Below, in pieces: positions 25,101 through 38,500 of a DNA stretch of 64,000 bases. The notes under the pieces are model-generated. The model was not told where the DNA came from, made no database searches, and was given only the letters and a program-made list of their open reading frames with translations. Within the stretch, counting starts at the first letter, position 1. Every line of letters starts with the position of its first letter. The DNA lies in assembly GCF_000181795.1 (NCBI RefSeq), contig NW_003526946.1, forward strand, positions 299,668 through 363,667. Reading direction: 5' to 3'. Origin of the DNA: Trichinella spiralis (Eukaryota). A program made the position numbers and the translations under genes.

Positions 25101-26215
25101 AAGAAGCTATCGATATCTGATTTTTAACTGTATTGATTTTTAAGGATACCATTCTGTATTAGGCATCTAACTTTCCTTTACTCATTGTTTATTCTTCCTC
25201 CACTGTTGAATAACGCATTTTTTGCAAGCAGGAAGTTAACAATGACTAAGATGAAGGAATTTTTAAAATGTATTGATTGTAAACGCACATTAAATATTTT
25301 AAGTATTTAAAAGAAGTTCAATATTATGTGCACTTGAAATATGCCTTTGTTATTGTTTGGAAGATTAGAATTCATGATTAACTAGATGATTATTTTCCTC
25401 GTTTTGATCATTAGTTTATATAAGTAAAAAGAGTATCATAAAATACTTTTAGCAATTTGATGCGTGATTATAATATATGTATGAAGTTTTATTTAATTTT
25501 GAACCGTAAATATGAAAAAAGTTATTTTATTTAAAAAATACATGTTTTAATCTTTCAGTTAAGAATTTATGCTCGATGAAAGTAGTATTACAGTCAGTTC
25601 AAAGCAGTTTTTAAACCATGCCCAATCCTGCTTAATTGCGTTTGTTCAGTGTTTAAGTCAGGAGTTACTTGGTCGTGCATAAAATGATGACGTGAATACA
25701 ATACTAAAATGTATCGCGCTATACAGTCACTTCCGTTTATAAATAAATTAGATGCATTGTTTATAAAAAGTGTTTGCATTTGATGAAAGAAAATAATCTT
25801 TTCATTTTAGCATATTATCAAACTGAATGGCTTTTGTTTGTTATTTTCCTAGCTCACGTTATTTTCTGACACGTTTAGATTAGTTTGTGTATGTGTAATT
25901 TTACCATCATTATGTTGCGTATTTGTTCTCAGATGTCATTGTTTTCATCAATTCTGAATTTGCTAGTCGGTAACTGAAGCTTCTTTGCAAGATTGGCTTA
26001 CATTTCAATACAGCTTGACCTGAACCGAGTCGACGGCATGATTTCGCTAACTGCAGTTCGCATCTGCAGCTGAACAATACTTGTCCCACTGAATTTTAAA
26101 ATCTGATTGGCTGATTATAGGTGCAAAGGCGTGTCTCCAGTTTGTGATTGGCCAGGCAAGTTAACAGTGGGTCGGCCTGAAAATATTCCCCCAGTTTTAG
26201 TCATACACTGGACAG

Positions 26216-29200
26216 ATGTCGGTCGGTTTTCAGACTTCGCCCAATCATCAGTCCTTTGCCGGCTCGTTTCCGTCCGCCGCTTTGTCACTGACCAACTCAT
26301 TTGCTAATTCGAGCACATTTTACCCTGGATATCAGTCAGAAAACGGTCGCCTGCAACAAAATATTAAAGACTGTTCAGTGGAAAAACCGAAAACAAAGTT
26401 GAAGCGTGTACGTCAACGAGTTGACGCCGGCGAGCCTCGGAATACGTATAGCTCTATTTTTTGCTTCTCGTCTCCTGGCCGTGGTGGGCAATCTGGTAAC
26501 GCCGAAGAATCTACGTCACCGGTGGCTGAATCACTGGGTGAGGAAGAAAGTTTCAAAGGATCTTTAGATTGTAGCTCTTCTGAAAAAAACGATTCAGCTG
26601 AGATGAGCATAACTTCAGAAAACCAACTAAATCGAACGATATCTGATGCTGATGGTACTCAGATGCAAAAGAAGGCTCGCGTTGAGAACATCATTAACTA
26701 TATACAAAGCGTTTCACCTTGTGTGTCAGCGTCGATGTCTTCTTCTGGAAATTCCCCTGAGCCTCAAGCCGGCTCACAGACTATCAGCCAGCAAACCACC
26801 TCTCGCAGAAAGCGATATCAGCCGCAGCAGTTGGAGACCCGAGGCCAAGTTGATTCATTCTACGATGAGGAGGAAGAAGATTGTGAGGATATGATTGATG
26901 ACGACACTGATGAGATAGAGCTGAATGAGCGAAAAGTCGAGGCATCTCAAGCTGACAGTTCAACAGCTCAAAATGAATCACCAAAGCAAACTACTTGCGC
27001 AGATATTGACAAAAAGAATTTGAAGGACATGCAAAATGAGCTACTGATCATGCAACGACGATACATAGAAACTTTAACTGAACATCAACGGCTTGCGTTT
27101 TTGAAAAACGAATTTACCACTATGGATGATGGAAAACGTCGAGATGGTTTGGAACTGCTTTTATCTGCTAAAGAAATTCAAACTTTGGCAGATCGTTTTA
27201 AGTCTCAGTTAATGTCAACAGTGACTTCCTGTATTGATAAGGCAGTGGAAAATTTTTTGCAGTCGCTTCGATCAGCTTCTGTCACGCCTATTGCGATGAA
27301 TTTACGTAGCCACCAAGCGACTAGCGCAGAACTGAGCAACGGATCAATAGCCGCACCCAGGAATGGACTGTTTTTCAACGAACCACACTTGAGACCATTT
27401 TACTGTGGACCGTTTGGCTATTCTAACCCACTAGCGCCTGGATCATTTCCTCTTGGGCCAACGCTTAATGCACCAGGTTGCTTCCCACCTCGTCATACGG
27501 ATGCTAGTTCTATTTATCCGGCGTTTCAAGGGTGTTTCAATTTTCACCCAATGGCAGCCAGCTTACAAGGAGGAGATTCAGCAAAGCCTACTACAACGGT
27601 TGGCGTAGCTGAGCCAGCTACCGCTTTTTCAGGCTTGGTCATACCAAGGAAAAGACGCAGCAAAGTTACTGATACAAGGGTGAATCGAGTTACACCTGGG
27701 CGATCAGATGAAAGTCAAAGTGAATACAGACAAACAGGAAGCTTCTTAACCGGTGGATATCCTCCATCAATGGTAGCTGTCGCAGGTGGATTTGGATATG
27801 ACGAAGCAGAATTTGAACCAAACAGTCCATCCCAGTCTGAAGGAACTGAAGCTGAAGTGACGCATGGCGCTGAAATTCCTCAAGCCCAAAAGTAACTTTT
27901 TTATTTGAGTTATTTATTAGGGCACTACTAATAATCTCTTTAAAATATATTAAATTAAATTTTCAGTTTTTTTCAGCTTCTTCATCATTAAAACTATAAA
28001 GTTTTAAACTGCTAAAATGTTTTAGAATAAAAGGATTAAATATATAGAATAGCCAACAATGATTATAATAGTTAATTAGAATGCGTTAATATTGAAAAAA
28101 AATGTAAACTGCTTTTTGCACGTCTTTAACTAGTACACTGTTTTTTATGGCAACCTAGAAATGAGCCAGTTAGTTGTTTTATAAGCTATTAGTTGCATAT
28201 AATTAAATTTTTTCAAATTTATAAATTACTCTGAATTAAGTCACAAAACGAATCTTCATTACAAATATGTCATTTTTGTAAAGCTTCACCACTAATCACT
28301 CTGTTTTAATAAAGCATGACTGGTTAAAATAATTGAACAATGTGATAGAGTAAGAGATAGCTTTGTGAAAAGCAGTGCTGTATTGTAAATGTAAATGTAA
28401 AGAGCATCCCAGCAAATGATCGGTTAATTAATTAATTAATTAATTAATAAGAGTCATTAATGAAAAGATATCTTAACAATGAGATAAATAGTTTACATTT
28501 TACAATAAAATGCAAAATAGTTTTTTTGTTGTTTAATTATTTATATATATATAACAGTTTAATTATTATTATTATTACATGAACATTAATTTATGTAATT
28601 CTTGTTTATTCGAGTTGGACTATTTTTCAAGCCTTATAAATAAATGTACGCTGTTTGACTTTATGAGGAAAATTTATTTTGCCTTTTATCAAACGAAACA
28701 GATTGAATGCATTACAGATAATTATTGTCGTTGGGCACAAGTCCTACATGCATCAGATATGATATTACATTGTTGATTTTTTCTTGTGAAAGGTAAAATT
28801 AGAAAAAAAAGAATAGAAGTTAGTTTTGTGAAATTTATTCCCGAGGAAGTGGCCCTTATCCCAGGGGCAAGCCATTGCTATAGAGATGGCTTCATGTGAA
28901 TTGCAGCAATTAATTCACTGTCGCTATTGTGTGAATGGGTGCCAAAGCAGAGAGTGGGAAACGTCAGCGTTAAGCATGGCACGCTTTCCGGCGTTATTTC
29001 ATTGCATTAAAGTTCAACCTAAGCTTGTCAGTAAAAGTTAAACCGGATATAAATCTTTCATCACGTCATAATTGCAATGCATTGAGGTCATGATAATTGT
29101 AATTTTTGCTTCTTCGTTTTATCATTTTTGGGGCATGTTTGAAGATCATGCTATCAGTAGATGAGTGTTTGTTGTTGTTGTTTCAGCACAACCTTGACGC

Positions 29201-32200
29201 CGATGCATCTGCGAAAAGCGAAACTGATGTTCTTCTACACAAGATATCCGAGCAGTGTATTGTTGAAAGCCTTCTTTCCGGATATTCGTTTCAACAAAAA
29301 TAATACCGCTCAACTGGTGAAATGGTTTTCAAATTTTCGGTAAGTAACATCAACTGACTAGTTTTGCGTTGAAAGCATAACGGTCCCCTGAGGCTACAAA
29401 GTTGGCATAACGACTTCTTGAGTTATTATTTACTTTATTGAGTCTCTAATTCCGGCTTTGCCATTAATCGCTGTAAGATGCTTCTCGACGCCGACCTCGG
29501 TCATCGTTCGTCGACCGCTTGCCCTCAAGAGACCGGCGATGATTGTCCACTGTCGCCATTGTGCCTTGCTAGGCCGCCTTTTGCGGTGGGAAATTTAATC
29601 AAGACCGTTGGTTTTAATTTATCCACTAAAATGCCCTTCGTTAAGTCGGTCGCCTTGGCCTTGTCTTTTCCGTTTTGTTTGAAAAAGAAAAAAAATACAT
29701 TAAAGTCAATGAATGAAAAGCTGAAAACTAGCCCAAGCAAACTTCCTGCAAATGTTCACAAAACAGCGCAAGAATGCTTTTTTACAGTATTGAAACCGAG
29801 GCTCATTTTCATTCTGTTATGAAATATTTTTTGTTTTTATTCTTCTTGTTACGGAATTTCTATTCCCTCCATTTTAAAGCATGCTTCATTAGCATAGAGT
29901 TGGTCATTTAATAAATAGCTCAACTTAAGGTCGGAACATTACATTACATTACATTGCACAAAGTAGGGGTTCAACTTTTATTAAAATTTATTTCAAAAAT
30001 ACACTTATTAGACGAAAGTTTATTCTAATATGGGACAAATGTTTGTTTATTTTTAACATTATATATTGCTCAAAGTTATCAGTTTAATAATATTCTTTGA
30101 AACACTTTTATTAAGTTGTTTAATTGAAATTTGTTCGGCACTTTCCGTTTTGTTCCAATAATTTAAGACACAACTTTGCTCATTGTTAGAGTTGTTATGT
30201 ACGGTTGGTTGATTGAGAGCTGGGTTGGCTTTTGTGCGCATCGAATCTGATTGCCTTTTTTATACTTTAATTTTAAAGTTGATAACTTGAATCATTTATT
30301 AAAGCTTGAGTATTTCTTTGGAAAGCAAGCGGACGTGTATGCATCATCATGCTAGCTTTTTGCACAATTGGTTTCAACAGGACAAAAGAGATCAAAGCGC
30401 TTCATTCTCTTCAAACAGTGCCCTTTTCTCTGGCTATATCTTACGATTGCTATTCTTTACGCTTGTTTCTCTTGAGTTGCTGTTTTCGCTTTTGCCTCAA
30501 ATCCCAATCCAATTACTTTGAAAGATTACTCCAATTGGCAAAGTTCTTTGAATAGTCCTGCTGAACAGACATTGACGCAGTTGGCCGTCTTGGTCATTGT
30601 CGTTTATCGCTGATCATATAAACGACTACTGGTGATGCAATCATTAAGTAGATTAGATTACTAGACCAAATCGCTCCATATTTCAATCTTCACTATTTTA
30701 ATATATTTGCACGTACACATATTTATACATACATATACATATATGTATGTACATATGTATATTAAATTCACTGTCTTTTTTTCATAGGTTTTGTAAAAAA
30801 AATTTTTTTCGAAATATGAATATGTAAAGTTTAAAATTACTTTATACTGGAAAAAAATTGCATCATTATGTTTCTTTTTTTTTCTTTATAATTAAGTAGT
30901 TTGAAATGAAATAAAGAAATGCAAGTAGTATATTAGAAATATTTCAAAGTGTAATAATTTTCTTGAATTACTTATTGACTGTTCAATTTCTTTTCTCGGA
31001 TTAACATTTTAAGGCTTTGCAATTAAGCTTACTTTAGCTTCTAATAAATCTGACTAATCTCTCTGATATGATAGAAAAATTGTACAATTCAATAATTGCA
31101 AACTACTCATTTGCATTTTATTATATTTCATTTCATTTTCAATTGTGGAATGAATTTTTTTGCGACAATCATTGTTTTTTCAGTTCCTTTTCAATTACAT
31201 TAATATCTGCAATGTGTTGACAAATAAGCAGGCTGGCTTACTTGGTAATAATAATAATATTATTATTATTACTATTGCATTGATCATTTTGTTTTTGTTT
31301 TTTCTATTGAGCATGTTTGTTGTTGTGCTGGGGAATAATAGGCATGCTGTAATGCTTTTGTCCAATATCGGTGAACCGTTTCCGGGATGCAGGCCTGTTT
31401 GCTCAACGTGATGGCAACAGATTGTGCTCAGCTTCTCAATTTGCCGTACAAGCGATAACTTTTCATCTCCTTAATGCATCGTTTTCGGTCAGGCATTATT
31501 GATGCCGTTGAATGGCTAATGAAACTAGGCTTTCAAGAAGCGCTAGCTGGGCACGTTCGTCAGCGGACAAATAGTGCTAGCTTGAAGGAGCCAATCAGGC
31601 GTACAGGTGTGTCAACAAGGTGTTCTTCAGGGACGAAAAGCCCATTAGCAGTCGACTTTTGTTTCCAAGAGTCGTGTCACTTTCTGGATCGGTTGACCAA
31701 ATCAACGACCATAAAGAGGCCTGGATCCGATTACCACCGCGTTGAGACATGAATTTTCAGAATGGAGCGTTTTCAATTGCGCTTCACTGAACTCTTCTCC
31801 CATTTGTCCGAGCATCTTGTCTAATTCGATGATTAATTAATTTTGAAACTGCACATTTCAACAGCGAAGGAAAGAAAAAACTCACAATATACATCTATGC
31901 GTGCATATATTGCATGCGCTTGCACGATTTTTAATGCACTCGGACAGACATTGACTCTTTTCAATGAAAAGAAACGTCGAATGGAAAAATAGTAATCTGC
32001 TTCGTCGACTAGAAAAGTTTTCACCGTGAAAAGCTTACAGATGTCAAATGTGAAAGCAAGAATAGATATCACTTGTGAATTTTTAAATCATTATTCATAC
32101 TCTAGGTTGAAAAATAACAATTGATCAAAAAAGAATTTTTTTCAATATTACGCATAAAGCATGGTTAAATTGTAAAAAAAAGCGATGCTAATTGTGATTG

Positions 32201-33116
32201 TCATTGTAAAATTTGAAATTGACAATTTTCGATGAAATGAAAAATGAAAAAAAAAGAAAGATGAGAATAAATAATTATTGTTTTGTATTTCAGAGAATTT
32301 TATTACATTCAAATGGAAAAGTACGCCAGACAAGCAGTGAGCGAAGGTGCCCGTTCTGAAGCCGACATTACAGTTAGTGTTGATTCGGAATTGTACAAAG
32401 TGTTAAATTTGCACTACAACCGCAACAATCACGTTCAGGTAAATGAATTTTATTGGCTGTCAAAGCACAGGTTCTGTAGAATTTTCCATACGGGCATACG
32501 TTCTGTAGCTGGCAGCATACGAGGGCAGGGCTGTGTTATTCATCGGAGAGGGAGGATGCTAGGTTGAGGGGGAGGGGGCTTGTTTAAGCGGTGGAACTGG
32601 TTTGAAATTTTCAAAGGGCTACCGTTATGGAAAAGCAAGTTAGCCGTTTTCTTTTTCTGCTTTCGGCTGGAATGAGTACAGGTCACCTTTGAACAGTACC
32701 TACCGGAACTAAGTGCACTGTGAAGGGTAGGGGCAATTTTCTATAAATTATCAACCAACCATCAACAGACCAACGGTGAATGAATTATTGTGCTAACATT
32801 GAAAAGGCATAAATTCAAAAATTAATCTAGTGCACAAACCGTTAAATTAGACCATTGTAAGATGGTGGGTGCATTTTTAGGGTGGATTAAATTTTCACTG
32901 ATGAAAAGTGGTAATAATAATTTTCAACATTTTTAGGCTCCTGCCAGTTTTAGACGGGTGGTTGAAGCAACGTTGCACGAATTTTTCAACGCTGTTCTGT
33001 CAGGTCGAGATGCGGAACCATCTTGGAAAAAATCCATTTACAAAGTTATTGCTCGAATGGACGATCAAATACCTGAATATTTCAAATCGCCTAATTTTTT
33101 AGAACAACTCGAATAA
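26216..33116 (+). CDS. pros: Prospero homeobox transcription factor, 4 coding exons
   Basis: Exons 26216-27891, 29187-29339, 32294-32438 and 32937-33116. Motifs [18 protein letters not shown] and [11 protein letters not shown], then the homeo-prospero domain [22 protein letters not shown]...[23 protein letters not shown]...[14 protein letters not shown]...FLEQLE. Confidence 0.97.
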
Positions 33117-33360
33117 TCGAATCCAATCTACTTCTCATTAATTGAATCTTTTGGTTTTTTCATTTTTTATAATGACAAAACAATATTCAAAAAATGGATA
33201 CAATTTTTTTTATGAGAATGCAATTTTCTTGTATTATGATTTCTATTTCGAAATCAATTTCTTCTTAATTTTGCTAAATTTTCCAATCGTGATTACAAAT
33301 CACTCGTCTGATGTACTTATTGATCATCAATTTCTTTACTTTTTGTTCGCTTGTTTGCTT

Positions 33361-36300
33361 GTTTGTTTGTTTCTTTTGAACAATTTTTTTCTTCAACTTA
33401 AGGCACTTAATTTTTAATGGAATGATAATTTTCCTTGAAAACAGTTGTTTCAAGTGTGTCACTTGAATATTTCAAATTAATTGGCATGTACTGAAATGAG
33501 AACTACATAATAAATTTTGCTGCGTTCGATTATTATTATTATTATTATTATCATTATTAGATTTTTACTTCTTGAAGAGCAACTTGTTTTCATCGACTGC
33601 AAAATGATGGAAAATATTTGCACTACACTAATTGTACAAATTATAAATTATGAATAGAAACAGAGAAATAATTTTTAAATTATTCAAAAACTTTCTCTTC
33701 CACGTTAGTGATTGTGATTCTAGCTAGAAAATTCTTTACGCAACTGCGTTGTCGTTAAATTAATTAAATATTAATTTTTAATTATTCATCAGAGTTGATC
33801 GGTTAAAAATAAGTACAATTTTCTTAAATCAAATTTTATTTCAACAAAAAAATACTGGTTTTGATTATAATTTAAAGTTTAATTTATTTTTTGTTTTTTC
33901 ATTTCAAATTTTGCAAATTAAAATTGTACATAAAGCTTAAATGAAAAAATTGTATAATATGTGAAGAATAGAAAAATTATATTGCAAAATATAGACTTTT
34001 ACTTTTTATTCTATGTTGAAAATAATGAAATGCTCGAGCAAATTTTTACAACTAAGTGCACAGTTTCATAAATAGCAGCAATTGATAAAGTTATCACAAC
34101 GATAGCTAATGTTGAAATCAAAGTCGTCTCTGCGTTGTATTGAGTTACACATTTTCTGTGAGGACCACACGAAATGTAAGCTTATCCACTCTGTGGTAAT
34201 GTGATCTGAGATGCCATTTTGACCTGCATGCAATAAAGCACAAAAGCATATCAACCCCTTGTGCATAGTGTAGAAGAATGGATTGTAAAAAAAAGAAGAA
34301 AACAATTTTCATTCTTGAATATCAGTGTGTGTTGGAGAGTGAATTTTGCAAATTGCTTCTATAGTAACGGATTTGTCGCTTTTTCTCAGTTGTGAGGGAT
34401 GTGGCAGGCAGGTAGATAGATGGGCAGGTAGGTCGGTATTGATTCGATTTTCTTCCGTTCTAGAAAATGACTGCTGAAGGTTGTTTTTGTAAAACGTAGT
34501 ATTATAATTTTGCCATTTTTGCAACATCCTGTTTCCAAACGATTAGGTCGGTTGACCGGATGTTCGTTCAGCTCAGAAGCTTACAGTTGTTGTCTTAGTA
34601 AGCGTGTTGGTGAAAAAGTTGATTGAATGAAATTGTGCGCTGTTGTGACCGCAGCTGGTCGAATTAAGAGGTACCTTTACGGATATCTGTAAACAAATCA
34701 GGCGTCGGCTTTGCCACCTGCCACCCGATGATCAGCACGTGAGAAAGGAAGTTGATCAGATGAACTGACACTGGTACATTGAAGGAGGTGGTCAATGAAG
34801 CGCCTCCATTCCCAGGTTGATCGGTCCAATTACGCCGTCGCATAATTAAACATGCATGAAAAGGTCAGCTGAGGTCGATCTAAAACCGCTAAAACCTTTG
34901 CTCACTCAATGCAATACAGAAGCCGACCGGTCACTTTGCGGCGACTGATGAATTTCAGGACGACAACCCAATTTTCTGCTGCTGTCTTGAACTTTGGATC
35001 CTAATGTGGCCTGACTGAACAACAAGCCAGGGATACTATACAATCAAGCCAAAGTGGGATGTCACTCAATGGCTGAATTCGACCACAATTTGACAAACCT
35101 ATTCATCCAACTGCATCAATGTTGACTGACCAAAGAAAAAGAAAAGCCGACATCAGTCAGGTCGCATCAAGGTCGAAAATGTGGCCATCGTCAAAGAAAT
35201 TAGCACGTCATTTACTTCCTCATCAAAGACAACTTTACGACAACTTTCAAACAATTTGCATCAATATCAAGCTGTTCCACTGTCCCTGCTTGGCCACTGA
35301 TTTGACATTTATTCAATTTTAATAAACAATCATTAAAAGAAATTTACAATAAAATAACAAATCATTTGCATTTGTTATATATATTTATTTATTTATTCAT
35401 TAACATTTTTAACTTTATTAATAAATCAAAAAGAAAAATACATTTTCAAGCAGTTAATATATTTGTAAATGTATATATTGGGAATTTATTTTGTTATAAA
35501 TTATTACAGTTGTGCTGTGTTATATGGCAACATGAAGAGGCAAATACTTAGAAAAGATTGATTAGCGCATTGTATGAAATGTCATTACGCGTTAAGCAAC
35601 TGTCTGTCTGTTTTCTTTATAAAATGCACAAAACCAATTTTGATTAACTTTGTCAACTTTCTTTCCTTTAGCAATTGTTCAACAGGTTACCTTTGCGCTA
35701 TTGCAATGATGCTAGTAGAGAAGGCTTTTTTAATCTTTACACACACACACACACACACACACAGTGTTGCTGTGAGTTGAAATTTGTTGTGGAAAAATTA
35801 ATAAAAAAATTAAATATCAAACATGAAATCAATGTTTTAAACAATCAACTGTATTTTATCATATTTTGATGATATTGACAGTATTTTTCATTTTCATTTA
35901 TTGGCAATTAATCTTATCAACTTTGACGCACAATTTTTATGCAAAAATTTTCATGGAGTGTAAATTTATTCAAAATTGTCCATTCATATTTTAATATATA
36001 AGGTATATTTGAGCACCATATTAAAAAAAGACTCTCTTGCTCTCCATCCTTTATTCAACTAGACAACAATTATTCATACTTTGTCAGACTGATTAAGTTA
36101 ATTTTATTGGCATTCACGTCCCTGTCTGTACAAAATTATTTATGACATAAAAGCGATGATACATTTCTAAAGTAAAAACAGACTTTGATTCACTTTATCT
36201 CAAATTTGCAAATTAAGTAAATGAATAAATATGGCAAGGTCATAGTTATTAAAATGTCATAGAAATTGAGAAAAAACCTACTAGAGATGACTGATTCATT

Positions 36301-38070
36301 AAATTAAAATTTTTATTTATGCAAATTAACATTTTAATTTCCGCATTTATTTTTGACATTTCTAACGTGTAACTTTTGGGTCCCCTTTTTTGAATTAAAA
36401 TTAATTGCTATTTATTATGTAATTAGTTTAAATTACACTTAATGAAATATTTACAAATAACAAACAAGTTTAATAAAAAAAAGAATTACTTTATTGGAAA
36501 CAGCAAATGTTGTGTTCATACCTCTTACTAATCATACTAAAAAATAAATCTTTAATTGATTAAATTTATTAATATTTAAAATCCAAAATACATATGAAAT
36601 CAATAATTTATGCCTAAAACACTCATAAAAGTGAACTAATAAGTTGGATTAGCTGAATTTTGCTTATTAAACTTGATAATCATATACTATTTGTACTGTA
36701 ATTGTTTTCAAACACCTCTTTCTTTAACTCTTTCAAACATCTAATGTCTAGCGATGATGAAATTTGTCTTTCTGAAGAAGCGATACAGTGTCTGAATGCG
36801 ATTAATTTTGCCAAAGCACTTGATTCAGAAACTTCTGAAAACTGGCAACTGAGTCAGTTTTGGTACGATGAAAATACGTCGATAGTTTTAGCTAAAGAAT
36901 GTTTAAGTGCATTGAAGAATACAAATTTAAACGTCGGTTGCCTTTGTTCACCTTCAGTATATGACAAACTGGTTGAAATTTGTCCTGAGAAAGAAGGCCA
37001 ATTTTTACTTTTTGAATTTGACAAACGCTTTAAGCAGCACAATCGTAACTTCATCTTCTATGATTACCAGTCTCCTGAAACTGTATCATGCAAATTTGCT
37101 AACTCTTGTGCAATTGTCCTTGCTGATCCTCCATTTTTGTCCGAAGAATGCCTCTCAAAAGTTGTGGCTATGGCAAAGTTCTTATCGACCGGTAAAATAA
37201 TTGTATCCACTGGTATTATTATGGAAAGCTATTTGAGTAATCTTTTGCCCAATGTTTCGAAATGTAATTTCACGCCGCAACACGAAAGAAAATTAGGAAA
37301 TGAATTTGGCTGTTTTGTAAATTATGAAACTGTATATTTGAATACGGTTCGTGATGTTTGTTCTTTTGAAAGTTAGCATTAAAATATTTTAATGTTGTAT
37401 ACATGTTTTGTTCTTCACTGCTTGTCTGTAATGCATAATGTCGAGTTTAACTGGACAAAAAACTAGAACAAAGTTATTTATTTTTACAATATTTATTCAA
37501 GCAAAACAGTTATTAATTATATCTTTTCTTCTGCTTTTTCTGCAAGTTGTTCAGAGTGGAAAGCATGGAATTGTTCCACAGTGAAACATCTTTTTCCAAA
37601 TCAATTTCTGGAATCATAGTTGGCTTGTTTTTTTTTCTTCGAAACTCAAGTTTAAGCCACTGTTCCATCTGAACATCGTAAAGTTCAGCAGCTTCTTTTT
37701 TCTGCCGTTCAGAAAGCTCCGACTAGAAAATGTAAACAGAATATATAATATAATCAGAAACAGTTGAACGTGAGAATTTGCATTTCTCATACCTTTCGTT
37801 GTTGGAAACTTAATATTGACTCCTTGATCACAAATCCCATACATGAATTGAATACATCTTTAACGTCAGATTTTGTCCATTTGATCTGTCAAAAATTGCA
37901 TGCAACGAGAGATTATTATAAATTTGAAAAAAAAAAGAAATTACAATTCCACAGTCATTTATGACTTGTGTTTCAATATATGGAAACAAGTGTTTTTGCA
38001 TTCTTTTTTTAATGTCCAGCATCGTTTTTGTGCCACTGTACAAAGTTACCGTATCCATTTCTTTAATTCG
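33361..38070 (+). repeat. Ungapped copy of the segment duplicated at 1-4887
   Basis: Colinear near-identity. This copy sits in continuous sequence between the prospero 3' end and the rest of the minus-strand gene. Confidence 0.95.
36744..37376 (+). CDS. EEF1AKMT1: EEF1A lysine methyltransferase 1 (N6AMT2 family), copy 2
   Basis: Protein identical to 3570-4202; three synonymous differences seen (CAT/CAC, TAT/TAC, AGT/AGC). Confidence 0.93.
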   Translation: MSSDDEICLSEEAIQCLNAINFAKALDSETSENWQLSQFWYDENTSIVLAKECLSALKNTNLNVGCLCSPSVYDKLVEICPEKEGQFLLFEFDKRFKQHNRNFIFYDYQSPETVSCKFANSCAIVLADPPFLSEECLSKVVAMAKFLSTGKIIVSTGIIMESYLSNLLPNVSKCNFTPQHERKLGNEFGCFVNYETVYLNTVRDVCSFES

Positions 38071-38500
38071 AAACAACATCACCTTTTTTTGTTCAAACAT
38101 AAATAATACATTTTCCATTTAATTATTATAAATGAAATTTCAAAATGAATTACCATTTCATGTTTATGGCGTCGATAAAGTGCGTTACGAGCATTGGATT
38201 GTTCTTCCAACAGTTCAGATGCGATTTGGTGGGACATTTTCGAATAACCATACCGCTTTAATGGAAAAAATTGCAACTGTAATAATTTATTTTGAAAGAA
38301 AATATCATTATGAAATATAAAATAAATACAAATTTATAATTAATAAAAAAAATTGTAAATAATGAATGAAAAGACAAAATGGATGTTACCATTTGAAAAC
38401 TTTTCAAACTGACGCACCACCGGAAAAGGTTGCACACTGAAAGTCGTAGCTTTTGAACTCGTGGCAGGTTAGCATCAAAATTATCACCCAAGTCATTCAT
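37513..38500 (-). CDS. 217 aa protein resembling the ANKRD11/ANKRD12 C-terminal domain, 5 exons; 5' end uncertain
   Basis: Coding segments 38500-38390, 38276-38154, 38082-37966, 37885-37793 and 37722-37513 are all multiples of 3 and join through four phase-0 GT-AG introns without stops. The product contains ELLEEQSNARNALYRRHKHEMVML and KSELSERQKKEAAELYDVQMEQW...MIPEIDLEKD. Confidence 0.7.

Noticed and set aside
16219..25779. Numerous 60-105 aa ORFs in the AT-rich intergenic region
   Set aside because: They have F/I/K/L/N-biased composition, no recognisable domains and no consistent splice framework.
34680..35000. Faint resemblance to a Gypsy reverse transcriptase start (RRRLCHLPP...VRKEVDQM)
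   Set aside because: Stops occur in every frame, and there are no SPW, CVDY or YLDD motifs; it is indistinguishable from chance.
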